Below, piece after piece: positions 30,128-39,925 of a stretch of DNA of 64,000 nucleotides (the first letter of the stretch is position 1; each line of letters starts with the position of its first letter). The DNA is taken from the NCBI GenBank assembly GCA_044070495.1, contig JBIPSI010000028.1:1-64000 (forward strand), written 5' to 3'. The notes under the pieces were generated by a model. The model was given only the letters and a program-made list of their open reading frames with translations. It ran no database searches and was not told where the DNA came from. The position numbers were made by a program, and so were the translations under genes. Source of the DNA: Spirulina sp. (GTDB taxonomy: Bacteria > Cyanobacteriota > Cyanobacteriia > Phormidesmidales > Phormidesmidaceae).

Positions 30128-30964
30128 GTGGCGGCAATGGCGGGCGGAGTGGCCAACTGGCAAGAGGTGGCGGGCAACTGGATTTTGATCCCCCCCCAAC
30201 CGAGGGCCATGATTCATTTTCTGGGGGGAGCCTTCGTGTCGGCGGCCCCCAGCGTTACCTATCGCTGGCTGCTGGAAAACCTCGCGGCCCAGGGCTACCT
30301 AATTGTGGCCACGCCCTTTATCAATACCTTTGACCACGAGGTGATCGCCGAGGAGGTGCTGATTACCTTTAGCCAAGCCCTGCGCTACCTAGATCAGCGG
30401 GTGGGCATTAACGACCCCTACTTGCCCGTCTATGGTCTAGGACACAGCATGGGCTGTAAGGTACATCTGCTGATTAACAGCCTGTGGGAGGTGGAACGGG
30501 CGGGTAACATTTACCTGAGCTTTAACAACTATCCGGCTAAGCGATCCATTCCCTTTTTGGAACAGGTGGTGCAGTTTAGCCCCGCCCTGGATGTAGAGTT
30601 TACCCCCGGCCCGGAGGCCACCCTAGCCCTAGTGCGGGATCAGTATCCCGTGGCGCGGAATTTGCTGATTAAGTTCCGCAACGACACCCTCGACCAAACC
30701 CGCCCCCTGTCCGAGGTGCTGGTGCCGCGCTTTCCTCAGCAGACCATGGTGCAGATTCTCCAGGGCAGCCACACAACACCCATCGCCCAAGACATTGGCT
30801 GGCAGCCGGGGGAATCCTTCTCGCCCTTAGACGCCCTAGGCCAGTTTGTAAAGCAAGAGTTTTACCGGGATTTGAACCAACTGAAGCAAAGCCTGCTCAC
30901 CTGGCTGGCCCAACCTACGACCGATCCCAACGCCATTCCCATCGCCCTACAGAAGAAGTCCTAG
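30128..30964 (+). CDS. DUF1350 family alpha/beta-hydrolase-like protein
   Basis: IHFLGGAFV, GLGHSMGCKVH, GSHTTP. Confidence 0.85.
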   Translation: MAAMAGGVANWQEVAGNWILIPPQPRAMIHFLGGAFVSAAPSVTYRWLLENLAAQGYLIVATPFINTFDHEVIAEEVLITFSQALRYLDQRVGINDPYLPVYGLGHSMGCKVHLLINSLWEVERAGNIYLSFNNYPAKRSIPFLEQVVQFSPALDVEFTPGPEATLALVRDQYPVARNLLIKFRNDTLDQTRPLSEVLVPRFPQQTMVQILQGSHTTPIAQDIGWQPGESFSPLDALGQFVKQEFYRDLNQLKQSLLTWLAQPTTDPNAIPIALQKKS

Positions 30965-31022
30965 ACACAAGAAGTCCTAGAGTACTCCATGGAAATAACT
31001 ATCCACTTGTCATAACCATCCG

Positions 31023-31083
31023 CCCTCACCCCTGCCCCTCTCCCTCAGGGAGAGGGGTTCTGAATCCGGCTCCCCTTCTCCCT
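31023..31083. repeat. Cyanobacterial palindromic repeat CCCTCACCCC...CCCCTCTCCC...GGGAGAGGGG, cut off at the MITE insertion site
   Basis: Reverse-orientation relative at about 42526-42566. Confidence 0.55.
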
Positions 31084-31089
31084 ATCAAC

Positions 31090-31254
31090 CTACTAAGTAC
31101 ACATAAGTCCTTAACGTAGACGATACAGGGAATCGATCCCCCCTAGCCCCCCTTAAAAAGGGGGGAACCGGAGTCAAAGTCCCCCTTTTTAAGGGGGACT
31201 TAGGGGGATCTCCAAGGACTTGCGACATGAAAGCAAGATGTGTGTACTTAGTAG
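31090..31254. mobile_element. 165-bp MITE with perfect 14-bp TIRs and 10-bp target-site duplication
   Basis: TIR CTACTAAGTACACA / TGTGTACTTAGTAG, flanked by CCCTATCAAC at 31080-31089 and 31255-31264. Confidence 0.85.
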
Positions 31255-31637
31255 CCCTATCAACCCAACGGCCCCTAGATAGCCCTAGGCCCTTGACTGG
31301 GCTACGGCATGGAAGATTAAGGCTAAATAAGTTTTCTTTAGGGATCCAAATACGGTGGTTGAGGCTGTGGCATAGTCAGCATTAGTCTTACCGTTTTGCT
31401 TTGCTATGGTAAGCATTTAGGAGAAAAACAGGTTATAGCCAGCTAAAACCTCGCCTTTGGGGCCTTAAGGATGGTTTTCGTCCTTAAGCTCTGTTTTTTG
31501 CTGGGAACTTGTCAGTTACCCTTGTCCTGATTGATGTTCGCCCGGTGAAGGTGGGAGGAAGGTGCGTTCCTGGATCTGTCCATCGGTACCCATAGATGGA
31601 CGGTAGTGGTTCTTTAACCGGTGTAATCCGTTTTGGG

Positions 31638-31679
31638 TGAGATCTGTTCTTTGAGATCTGTTCTTTGAAATCTGTTTTT
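31638..31679 (+). repeat. 3 x 14-bp tandem repeat just upstream of the porin RBS
   Basis: TGAGATCTGTTCTT TGAGATCTGTTCTT TGAAATCTGTTTTT. Confidence 0.7.
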
Positions 31680-31696
31680 AAGGAGGGATATTGACG

Positions 31697-33214
31697 ATGC
31701 AATGGCTACGTTCTCACTGGGCTATGGTTCCTGCGATCCTGGGGCTGTCTGTGTTGGGGGCTGGGTTAATTCCTGAGGCTGCCGTTGCGGCACAGCCTAG
31801 GATCGCTGAGACAGACCTCCCAGCCCCGACAGAACTGGCCCAGATAACCAGCGTTTCTGAGCTCACGGATGTATCCCCCTCAGACTGGGCCTTTCAGGCG
31901 CTACAAAGCCTGGTGGAAAACTATGGCTGCATCCAGGGCTATCCCGACCGCACCTTTCGAGGGTCGCGTGCCCTCACCCGTTACGAATTTGCCGCCGGAC
32001 TGAATGCCTGTTTGGACGTGATGGCCGCCTTGATCGCCCAGGGAGGGGTTAGTCCCGACGATTTGGAGGCCATTCGGCGTTTGCAGGGAGAGTTTCAGAC
32101 TGAACTCCTGAACCTGGGAAGACAGGTAGCGTTTCTGGAAGCGGAGGCGGCAACCCTGCGATCCCAGCAGTTTTCGACCACCACCAAGCTGCGGGGAGAG
32201 GCGAATATCCACGTAGGGGTTCCCTTCGATACCCTGCAAGCGGCTAATGCCACTGGGACGACGGTGGTTTTGGAGGACAGCACCAGTGTGGCGGGCAGAA
32301 TACGGCTGACCTTCGACTCTAGCTTCAGCGGGGAGGATCGGCTGCGGATTCGATTCCAGTCGCGTAGTGGCACTTTTTTAACCCCCGTCAATGGTCTAAA
32401 CCGAGGGGGAGATAGCTATCCCGTCAGCGAAAACTTCAACGTTGAAATCGACAACCTCTACTACCGTTTTCCCCTAGGGCAGCGGGTGAATGTTACCGCC
32501 TCGGCGCGAGGCATGTCGGGGAGTGACTGGGTAACCAGCACCATTCTGCCCTACCACGGCCCATCGGTGGCAGAGGCCGGTCGGCCCCAGTTCTACCTGG
32601 CGGGCGGCAGTCCCAACAATGGGGCGGGGCTAGGGATGAACATCGCCTTTACCGACCACCTCATCCTTGACCTGGGCTATACCGCTGCTTACCCCGGAGC
32701 CGCTGACCCCGCCGTAGGGATCTTTGCCGCCGCCGGACAAAGCTACATGGCCCAGCTCAATTTCCTCACCGATGGGGTGTTTGATGGGGCCTTGGTCTAC
32801 CTGCACAACGACCGTTCCAGCATCTTTACCGGCGGCGCGGCGGGGGCCGTCGATACCTACGCCGGATTGATGAGCCTCACCTTAGGCCAATTTTTCATCG
32901 CTGGCCATGGGGCTTTTCAGTCCTTCAACGGCGGCGACGACTTTAGCTGGACGGCGGGCCTAGGGGTCAACGATTGGCTAGTACAAGGCTCAAAACTGGG
33001 GCTATACGGCGGCCAACTGCCCCAAACCAACTTCCGAGGACTAGGCCGCACTAGCAATCCTGTGTTGATCGAGGGCTACTACGAAGTTCCCGTCAACCGG
33101 AACCTCACCCTCACCCCCGCCCTGATCTATGGCGATGCCAACCTGGTGAACCCCACGGGCACCAACGACGACACCACCTTCTACGGAGCCTTACGGGCCA
33201 CCTTCCGCTTCTAG
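31697..33214 (+). CDS. Cyanobacterial outer-membrane porin (SLH + OprB-type barrel)
   Basis: QITSVSELTDVSPSDWAFQALQSLVENYGCIQGYPD SLH domain, FSTTTKL, terminal LRATFRF; AAGGAGG RBS. Confidence 0.92.
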   Translation: MQWLRSHWAMVPAILGLSVLGAGLIPEAAVAAQPRIAETDLPAPTELAQITSVSELTDVSPSDWAFQALQSLVENYGCIQGYPDRTFRGSRALTRYEFAAGLNACLDVMAALIAQGGVSPDDLEAIRRLQGEFQTELLNLGRQVAFLEAEAATLRSQQFSTTTKLRGEANIHVGVPFDTLQAANATGTTVVLEDSTSVAGRIRLTFDSSFSGEDRLRIRFQSRSGTFLTPVNGLNRGGDSYPVSENFNVEIDNLYYRFPLGQRVNVTASARGMSGSDWVTSTILPYHGPSVAEAGRPQFYLAGGSPNNGAGLGMNIAFTDHLILDLGYTAAYPGAADPAVGIFAAAGQSYMAQLNFLTDGVFDGALVYLHNDRSSIFTGGAAGAVDTYAGLMSLTLGQFFIAGHGAFQSFNGGDDFSWTAGLGVNDWLVQGSKLGLYGGQLPQTNFRGLGRTSNPVLIEGYYEVPVNRNLTLTPALIYGDANLVNPTGTNDDTTFYGALRATFRF

Positions 33215-33249
33215 GCGATCCGCAGTCCGGCTGGGTTGCCCTGCTCCCA

Positions 33250-33272
33250 GGGCGAGGAGACCTCGCCCCTAC
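33250..33272. repeat. REP palindrome
   Basis: GGGCGAGGAGACCTCGCCCCTAC. Confidence 0.6.
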
Positions 33273-33428
33273 GGTGTGCCAGGTGAAAATTCGGTGTTTT
33301 CTAAGTTGGATGGGGGATTCGCCAAAGGGTTAGACTGCCACTCACCCAAGACAATGGGCTGTCTCCTGTTGGCCCCCTGGCCTCCGTAGATGCCGTTTTG
33401 ACCGCCATAAACGTCTAAGCTAAAGGGA

Positions 33429-35120
33429 ATGAATAGCATTAACCGGCCTATGGATCGCCCTCTCCTCGCTTCCAAATTCCCCCTACGCTGGCCCGATGGC
33501 TGGACGGTGGCGGTGTCGTTGATTGCTCTGGTGATGGTGTCTCCGGTGCTAATCATTCTCGCCAGCGTGCTCACGGGCACCAGCGACGCCTGGGGGCACT
33601 TGGCCTCCACGGTGCTGCCGGAGTATATCCGCAATTCCCTGGTGCTGATGGTGGGGGTGGGGCTGGGGGTGTTGGTGATCGGCGTGGGCACGGCCTGGTT
33701 AGTAAGTGCCTGCCAGTTTCCGGGGCGGCGCGGGTTTGAGTGGCTGCTGCTGCTGCCCCTGGCGGCTCCGGCCTACATCCTGGCCTACGTCTATACCGAC
33801 ACCCTGGAATACTTTGGCCCCGTGCAAACCTTTTGGCGCGGACTGTTTGGCTGGCAGGAGGCTAGTCAGTACTGGTTTCCCAACATTCGTTCCCTGCCGG
33901 GGGCGATTCTGCTGTTTAGCCTCACCCTCTATCCCTACGTCTATTTATTAGCGAAGGTGGCCTTTGCCGAGCAGTCCACCGCCACGTTGGAAGCCAGTCG
34001 TTCCCTGGGCTGTGGCCCCTGGCGTAGTTTTTGGCGGGTAGCCCTGCCCCTGGCCCGTCCGGCCATTGCGGCGGGGGTGGCCCTAGCCCTGATGGAAACC
34101 CTCAACGACTTTGGTACCGTCGCCTACTTCAGTGTGCCCACCTTTACCACGGGCATCTATCGCACCTGGTTTGGCATGGGAGATCGACCCGCCGCCGTGC
34201 AGCTTTCGGCGGTGCTGCTGCTGTTTATCTTCGCCCTGGTGTGGGTTGAACAACGTTCCCGCCGTCGATCTCGCTACTACCAAAGCCTGGCCGCTGCCGC
34301 TCCCTCTCGCTATGGCCTAACCGGAATCCGCACCCTGGGGGCTTGGCTGGCCTGCGGTATTCCGGTACTGCTGGGGTTGGTGGTGCCCGTGGGCCTGCTG
34401 CTGGCCATGACCCTCCGCCATGCCGATGCCACCCTCAACCAAAGCTTTCTCACCCTCAGCATCAACAGCCTGATTTTGGCGACCCTCACCGCTGTCATTG
34501 CCATGGCCCTGGCCCTAGTGATGGCCTACGGACTGCGGCTGAATGGCACCCCCTGGCTACGGCTAGGCGTACAAGGGGCCAACCTGGGCTATGCCGTCCC
34601 CGGTGCGGTGATTGCCGTCGGCACCCTGATTCCCCTAGCCCGGTTTGACAACGCCATCGATAGCTGGATGCGCCAGAACCTAGGTTTTTCCACGGGGCTG
34701 CTGCTCAGCGGTACCATCGTGGCGCTGATTTTGGCCTACCTGGTGCGCTTTCTGGCCGTATCCTTTGGGGCTGTAGAAGCCGGACTGACCAAAATCAAGC
34801 CCTCCCTAGACGATGCCGCCCGCAGCCTGGGCCAAAGCCCCCGCCAAACCCTCACCCAAATCCATCTGCCCCTGCTCAGCAGCAGTCTGCTAACGGCGAT
34901 CATGCTGGTGTTTGTGGATGTGATGAAGGAACTGCCCGCCACCCTGATTATCCGCCCCTTCAACTTCGATACCCTGGCGGTGCGGGTCTACCAATACGCC
35001 GCCGATGAACGCCTGGTGGAAGCCTCCGCCCCAGCTTTGGCGATCATTCTCGTGGGACTGCTGCCCGTCTTTTGGCTCAGCCGCCGCATCGCCCAGGAGA
35101 ATAGCCGCCCTAGCCCATAA
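33429..35120 (+). CDS. futB: Fe(III) ABC transporter permease (FutB/FbpB)
   Basis: Duplicated permease with EASRSLG/DAARSLG loops; METLNDFGTV; KELPATLIIRPFNFDTLA. Confidence 0.88.
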   Translation: MNSINRPMDRPLLASKFPLRWPDGWTVAVSLIALVMVSPVLIILASVLTGTSDAWGHLASTVLPEYIRNSLVLMVGVGLGVLVIGVGTAWLVSACQFPGRRGFEWLLLLPLAAPAYILAYVYTDTLEYFGPVQTFWRGLFGWQEASQYWFPNIRSLPGAILLFSLTLYPYVYLLAKVAFAEQSTATLEASRSLGCGPWRSFWRVALPLARPAIAAGVALALMETLNDFGTVAYFSVPTFTTGIYRTWFGMGDRPAAVQLSAVLLLFIFALVWVEQRSRRRSRYYQSLAAAAPSRYGLTGIRTLGAWLACGIPVLLGLVVPVGLLLAMTLRHADATLNQSFLTLSINSLILATLTAVIAMALALVMAYGLRLNGTPWLRLGVQGANLGYAVPGAVIAVGTLIPLARFDNAIDSWMRQNLGFSTGLLLSGTIVALILAYLVRFLAVSFGAVEAGLTKIKPSLDDAARSLGQSPRQTLTQIHLPLLSSSLLTAIMLVFVDVMKELPATLIIRPFNFDTLAVRVYQYAADERLVEASAPALAIILVGLLPVFWLSRRIAQENSRPSP

Positions 35121-35124
35121 CGCT

Positions 35125-35511
35125 TTACCGAATCCCTTCCAGCCGAGATCGCACGGTCAGAATTTCGTCTGGGCGCAACGGGGCCATCCATGAAATGTAG
35201 TCCGTGAGTCCCCAGTCCTTGTCAGGGCGGGATTGATAGAGATCTAGAGCCGTCATCAGTAAAGCCGTATCAACACTGACGACCTGGATGTTGCTGGTAC
35301 GGTAGCACCGCTGAATGAACTCGGTGGCACCCCGACGATTAACGGCACTGAGGGCATTACCAACCTCTACCAAAACAGCCTCCGTGAGCCAGACTTCCGA
35401 CGCAGAACGGACACGGGGAAACAGTTGTTTGGCCTGCTGATGGTAGTGGTCGCGAGGGTTGAGGAGAGCTTGAATAAAGGCCGTATCCAGGAATAGACGT
35501 TCACGGCTCAT
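35125..35511 (-). CDS. VapC/PIN toxin with aberrant, apparently replaced C-terminus
   Basis: FLDTAF, TEAVLVEVGN, DKDWGLTD, then an unrelated tail MAPLRPDEILTVRSRLEGIR lacking the final T-x-D motif. Confidence 0.75.
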   Translation of the reverse strand: MSRERLFLDTAFIQALLNPRDHYHQQAKQLFPRVRSASEVWLTEAVLVEVGNALSAVNRRGATEFIQRCYRTSNIQVVSVDTALLMTALDLYQSRPDKDWGLTDYISWMAPLRPDEILTVRSRLEGIR

Positions 35512-35744
35512 GGTTCAGGCTGATGCTTGGGAGTGCCATAGAGATAATGATCATGCTCGGCTGACCAATCGGGGGGCGCTTCGATAGTTCCAGTCAGGGA
35601 GTCCAGCACATCCCAGGCATCACCAGAGGGTTCTGCTTGGTATTTTTGGCGCAGGGCTTCAACGAATTGCAAGACTTTTTGCTGTAGGTCTGCGGGCAAC
35701 TCGGCCATCTCTTCGAGAACTTTAGCCGTAATTGAGTTACTCAT
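35508..35744 (-). CDS. Putative antitoxin
   Basis: 78 aa, overlaps the PIN start (ATGA), ends PPDWSAEHDHYLYGTPK. Confidence 0.75.
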   Translation of the reverse strand: MSNSITAKVLEEMAELPADLQQKVLQFVEALRQKYQAEPSGDAWDVLDSLTGTIEAPPDWSAEHDHYLYGTPKHQPEP

Positions 35745-35928
35745 ACTGTCACCAATCGAGGGTTAGGTTACGCATGACCTGCCTAATCTCAGTCTATTGT
35801 GGCAGATGTGCCCTAGATCTGAACCTCCCGCTATCGTCCTAGGGTTGACTCGGTCAATGTCAAAATTGGTATAAATCAATCAATGGCCTAGCCTTGCTCC
35901 TCATTGTTATCCCAAAACCTACCCTGGC

Positions 35929-36231
35929 ATGGACAGTAGCGAAATCAGCCTAGTCGAAGTTTTACAGCGGCTACAGCATCACCAAGCCGATCTACAAACG
36001 CGCTATGCCATAACCCGCATGGGCATTTTTGGCTCGGTTGCCCGTGGCGAGGCGACCCCTAATAGCGACATCGACATCGTAGTTCACATGAAACCCGACC
36101 TGCTCCAGCGCGTGCGCCTCAAGGCTGAACTAGAAACCCTATTAGGTCGATCCGTGGATGTGATCCGCTACCGCCCCACCATGAATCCCTACCTCAAAGC
36201 CCGGATTGATCAAGAGGCTCGGTATGTATAA
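35929..36231 (+). CDS. Minimal nucleotidyltransferase (MNT, MntA-like antitoxin)
   Basis: GIFGSVARGEATPNSDIDIVV; LLGRSVDVI. Confidence 0.9.
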   Translation: MDSSEISLVEVLQRLQHHQADLQTRYAITRMGIFGSVARGEATPNSDIDIVVHMKPDLLQRVRLKAELETLLGRSVDVIRYRPTMNPYLKARIDQEARYV

Positions 36232-36306
36232 CCGTTCGCTTGTAGCCGTGATCTAGGCCATCTAAAGCAGGCGATCTCTCAACTTAGAAAAAATATTTTC
36301 AGCTAG
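36224..36306 (+). pseudogene. Internally deleted HEPN (DUF86-like) toxin remnant
   Basis: ATG overlapping the MNT end reads MYNRSLVA; a shifted frame reads RDLGHLKQAISQLRKNIFS*. These resemble the two ends of a DUF86 protein with the middle missing. Confidence 0.55.
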
Positions 36307-36366
36307 CCTGAGAAACCTGGTTTCTGGCCACCGCTAGGGATCTGGGCTGGGCTACCCCAAGAGCCC

Positions 36367-36406
36367 AATTTTGAACTTTGAATTCTGAATTTTGAATTTT
36401 GAATTC
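36367..36406. repeat. Heptamer tandem repeat (TTTGAAT-type STRR)
   Basis: About five imperfect copies. Confidence 0.7.
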
Positions 36407-36415
36407 TCTCCCGCC

Positions 36416-39400
36416 CTACCGCCAAGCCGACCGCTCACAGGTGCGCCGCGCCGCCCGCGCCGTTTCATCGGTCTTGCTGTTGACGACAAGATAGCTCCGA
36501 ATTCGGTTACAGGTATAGGTCACCCAGCCCTGCTCTGCCAGCCACAATGGCCACAGCCGCACTGTGCCATCGTAGCTCCCACTGACGATGGTCTGCCCAT
36601 CGCTGCTAACCCCTACCGAGCTGACCCCATCCTGATGGCCGACAAAAGGTTCTCCGATAGGCTGACCTGAGCGATCCCAAAGGCGCACTGTGTTATCGAT
36701 CCCCCCACTGACGATGGTCTGCCCATCGCTGCTAACCCCTACCGAACTAACCTCATCCTGGTGGCCGACAAAAGGTTCTCCAATGGGCTGACCTGAGCGA
36801 TCCCACAGTCGCACTGTGTTATCGATGCCCCCACTGACGATGGTCTGCCCATCGCTGCTAACCCCTACCGAACTGACCTCATCCTGATGGCCGACAAAAG
36901 GTTCTCCGATGGGCTGACCTGAGCGATCCCACAGTCGCACTGTGCCATCGTAGCTACCACTGACGATGGTCTGTCCATCGCTGCTAACCCCTACCGAACT
37001 GACCTCGTTCTGATGGCCGACAAAAGGTTCTCCGATGGGCTGACCTGCCCGATCCCACAGTCGCACTGTGTTATCGATGCCCCCACTGACGATGGTCTGT
37101 CCATCAGCGCTAAGTCCTACCGACAAGACCATATCTTGATGACCGAAGGGTTTCCTGAGGGGCTGGCCCGTCCGGTTCCACAGTCGCACCGTACCATCGT
37201 TACTCCCACTGACAATGGTCCGTCCATCCGGGCTAAACCCCACCGACAAGACCATACCTTGATGGCCGAGCAAGGGCTCCCCAACAGGCTGGCCGGATCG
37301 ATCCCAAAGGCGCACCGTGCCATCCCCTCCCCCACTGACGATGATCTGCCCATCGGAGCTAAATCCCACCGATAAGACCCCATTCTGATTGGTAGAAAAA
37401 GGTTCTCCGATGGGCTGGCCCGCCCGGTTCCAAAGCCGCACTGTGCCATTGATGTCCCCACTAACAATGGTCTGCCCATCCGGGCTAAACCCTACCGAGA
37501 CCTCATTCTGATGACCAACGAAGGGTTCTCCGATGGGCTGGCCGGATCGATCCCACAGTCGCACGGTGCCATTGATGTCCCCACTAACAATGGTCTGTCC
37601 ATCTGGGCTAAACTCCACCGAATTGACCCCATCCTGATGGCCGACAAAGGGTTCTCCGATGGGCTGGCCTGCCCGGTTCCAAAGTCGCACTGTGTTATCG
37701 ATGCCCCCACTGACGATGGTCTGTCCATCCGGGCTAAACCCTACCGAAAAGACCGCACTCTGATGACCGAAGGGTTCTCCGATGGGCTGACCGGATCGAT
37801 CCCACAGTCGGACTGTGCCATCCCTGCCCCCACTGACGATGGTCTGGCCATCGACACTAAACTTTACCGAATCGACCCTATCCTGATGGCCAACGAAGGG
37901 TTCTCCGATGGGCTGACCGAACCGATCCCACAGTCGGACTGTGCCATCCCTGCCCCCACTGACGATGGTCTGGCCATCGACGCTAAATTCCACCGACAAA
38001 ACTCCACTTTGATGGCTTCCAGCTACCTGGGCGAATTGAGCATAGCGATTGCCCAAATCTAGAATGTCGGCAGATACTAGTCCCTCTCCTCCGAGGCGAG
38101 GCAGCTTGACCAGGGGGTTCTGTCCCAGGCTGATCGCCGCTAGCCCATTCACCATACTGCGCAGGGGGTCACTCTCGGCTCGGTTTCGAGCCTCGGCGGC
38201 GTAGATTTCGACTTGCCGCCGCTCGGCCCGCCACACCTGGTATCCGGCAAATCCTGTGAGAGTGGTAGTCACTACCAGGCCGGCTGCTAAAGATGTCCTT
38301 ATCCGTTTCTCCCTTTGGCGCTCTCGCTGTGCAGTTTCTCGCTCTCGCAGTGCAGTTTCTCGCTCTCGCTCTCGCTCTTGCTGTTCCGCTTGGTCAGCGG
38401 CACGGAAAAAGTCTATATCCAGGGCCGTCATATCGGCCTGGTGTTGTTCAGCAAAGGTGCGGAGGAGATCCAGGTTTGGCGATCGCCATAGAGAACCAGT
38501 GGGTCGGCCTTGGTGATCCCAATCTCGGGCGGCGGCCTCTATGCGGCGGTGGAAGCGGATATCATCCTGACTGTTTTCTAGCCAATCGCTGAGTTGTCGC
38601 CAATGGCCGAATAGAGCTTCGTGGGTAATCTCCGCCACATCGTAATCCCCCTGGTTAGCGAGGGTGATTAGCCTAGCACCGGAGGCAGAAAACTTGGACA
38701 GAACTTTCTTCACCGTTTCTGGACTATCTTGGCTAGCGATCAGGCTTTTCACCGGGGCGCGGCGGCGGGTGTCGCGGGTGCCGTCTCCTTCTCTTGGTTG
38801 CACTAGGCCCAGAAAAATGCGGCGGGCCGTCTCCTGCTCTGCGGGGCTGAGGTAGTCGTAGATCTCCTGGGCCTTTCCGGCTAGGGCACCGCCCACACCC
38901 CCCATCTGGCGATAGGTCTCCGCCGGGGTCACCCCCTGGGCCAGCCCCTCCCAAATGCGGCTGAGGGCAAACTGAAGCAGCGGCAACGCCCCCTCTCGGC
39001 CCTCGGTATCCGTCACCAACAAATCCACCGTGGCCTCATCCAGGGGATGTCCGGCCCATTTGGCGGGTTCGGCAATGGCGCGGCGCAGTTCCTCCGTGGT
39101 CATGGCGGGCACAATCACGCTTTGGTCAGACCCGATGATTTGGTTCAGCCCTGGGTGGCGCTGGGTTTCGCCCAAAAAGTCGCTGCGTAGAGTAATCACT
39201 ACCGAAACCTGGGCACTGGGGTCTTGGGCAGCGATGAGCAGGTTGTTGATGAAGGCTTGGCGTTCCCCCGCCTCTTTACAGAGGGAATAGACCTCCTCGA
39301 ACTGGTCTACCAGCACCACCAGCGGGGCATCCTGGATTTGAGGAATCAGGCTGGCGATGCGGCGCAGGCCGTCGTAGGTGCCCTCTGGGGTGGCGATGCC

Positions 39401-39925
39401 TAGCTCCGTGGCAAATTCCCGCGTTTTGGTGACGGGCATGGGGTCTTGGGTCGCCGTTTTGGCCAACACCCCCGCCAGCGCCTCTAGGGGATGGCTACCG
39501 GGCACCAGCACCGCCACCCGCATCTGGGCCTTCCCCAACAGGGGCCGCTGGGCCAAGGCCGGAATCAACCCCGCCCTCGCCAAGGAAGACTTGCCAGAAC
39601 CCGACGGCCCCAAAATCGGCAACAACCGGGGCACCGCCGACGGCTCCACCAGCCGTTGAAACCGTTCCCAGAGCCGTTCCACCTGGGCTTCGCGGCCAAA
39701 GTAGCGGTCGCCATCCTGCTCGGTAAAGGCGGCTAGCCCCTTGTAGGGGTTGGGGCCAAGCTGGGCGGGGGTATCGGTGAGGGCTTCCGGATGCGGCTGG
39801 GTGGTTTGGTGAATCACATAGATCGTGTTGCCATCGCCGGAAACAATGGCACTGCCCACCGCACTCTCTTGAATATGAATGCCGCGATTATCGCCCCCAA
39901 GGCTCTGATGGTTGCCCGATGCCAT
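36416..39925 (-). CDS. NLR-like nSTAND1 NTPase - TM - WD40 repeat protein
   Basis: NPYKGLAAF..D..YFGRE, GPSGSGKSSLARAGL, VDQFEE, TLRSDF, LPLLQFAL, HEAL; one hydrophobic helix; 12 WD40 repeats. Start at 39925 or 39931. Confidence 0.92.
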   Translation of the reverse strand: MASGNHQSLGGDNRGIHIQESAVGSAIVSGDGNTIYVIHQTTQPHPEALTDTPAQLGPNPYKGLAAFTEQDGDRYFGREAQVERLWERFQRLVEPSAVPRLLPILGPSGSGKSSLARAGLIPALAQRPLLGKAQMRVAVLVPGSHPLEALAGVLAKTATQDPMPVTKTREFATELGIATPEGTYDGLRRIASLIPQIQDAPLVVLVDQFEEVYSLCKEAGERQAFINNLLIAAQDPSAQVSVVITLRSDFLGETQRHPGLNQIIGSDQSVIVPAMTTEELRRAIAEPAKWAGHPLDEATVDLLVTDTEGREGALPLLQFALSRIWEGLAQGVTPAETYRQMGGVGGALAGKAQEIYDYLSPAEQETARRIFLGLVQPREGDGTRDTRRRAPVKSLIASQDSPETVKKVLSKFSASGARLITLANQGDYDVAEITHEALFGHWRQLSDWLENSQDDIRFHRRIEAAARDWDHQGRPTGSLWRSPNLDLLRTFAEQHQADMTALDIDFFRAADQAEQQERERERETALRERETAQRERQREKRIRTSLAAGLVVTTTLTGFAGYQVWRAERRQVEIYAAEARNRAESDPLRSMVNGLAAISLGQNPLVKLPRLGGEGLVSADILDLGNRYAQFAQVAGSHQSGVLSVEFSVDGQTIVSGGRDGTVRLWDRFGQPIGEPFVGHQDRVDSVKFSVDGQTIVSGGRDGTVRLWDRSGQPIGEPFGHQSAVFSVGFSPDGQTIVSGGIDNTVRLWNRAGQPIGEPFVGHQDGVNSVEFSPDGQTIVSGDINGTVRLWDRSGQPIGEPFVGHQNEVSVGFSPDGQTIVSGDINGTVRLWNRAGQPIGEPFSTNQNGVLSVGFSSDGQIIVSGGGDGTVRLWDRSGQPVGEPLLGHQGMVLSVGFSPDGRTIVSGSNDGTVRLWNRTGQPLRKPFGHQDMVLSVGLSADGQTIVSGGIDNTVRLWDRAGQPIGEPFVGHQNEVSSVGVSSDGQTIVSGSYDGTVRLWDRSGQPIGEPFVGHQDEVSSVGVSSDGQTIVSGGIDNTVRLWDRSGQPIGEPFVGHQDEVSSVGVSSDGQTIVSGGIDNTVRLWDRSGQPIGEPFVGHQDGVSSVGVSSDGQTIVSGSYDGTVRLWPLWLAEQGWVTYTCNRIRSYLVVNSKTDETARAARRTCERSAWR
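36551..38020 (-). repeat. 12 near-identical ~126-bp WD40-encoding tandem repeats
   Basis: Unit GHQxxVxSVxxSxDGQTIVSGxxDxTVRLWDRSGQPIGEPFV; repeats 10 and 11 are identical in protein. Confidence 0.9.

Noticed and set aside
31470..31640. Cobalamin or other riboswitch upstream of the porin
   Set aside because: One hairpin (TGTCCATC/GATGGACG) is present but no recognisable B12 box or other conserved core.
36551..38020. Regular ~126-bp repeats as a CRISPR array
   Set aside because: They are in-frame WD40 coding repeats without unique spacers, and no cas genes are present.
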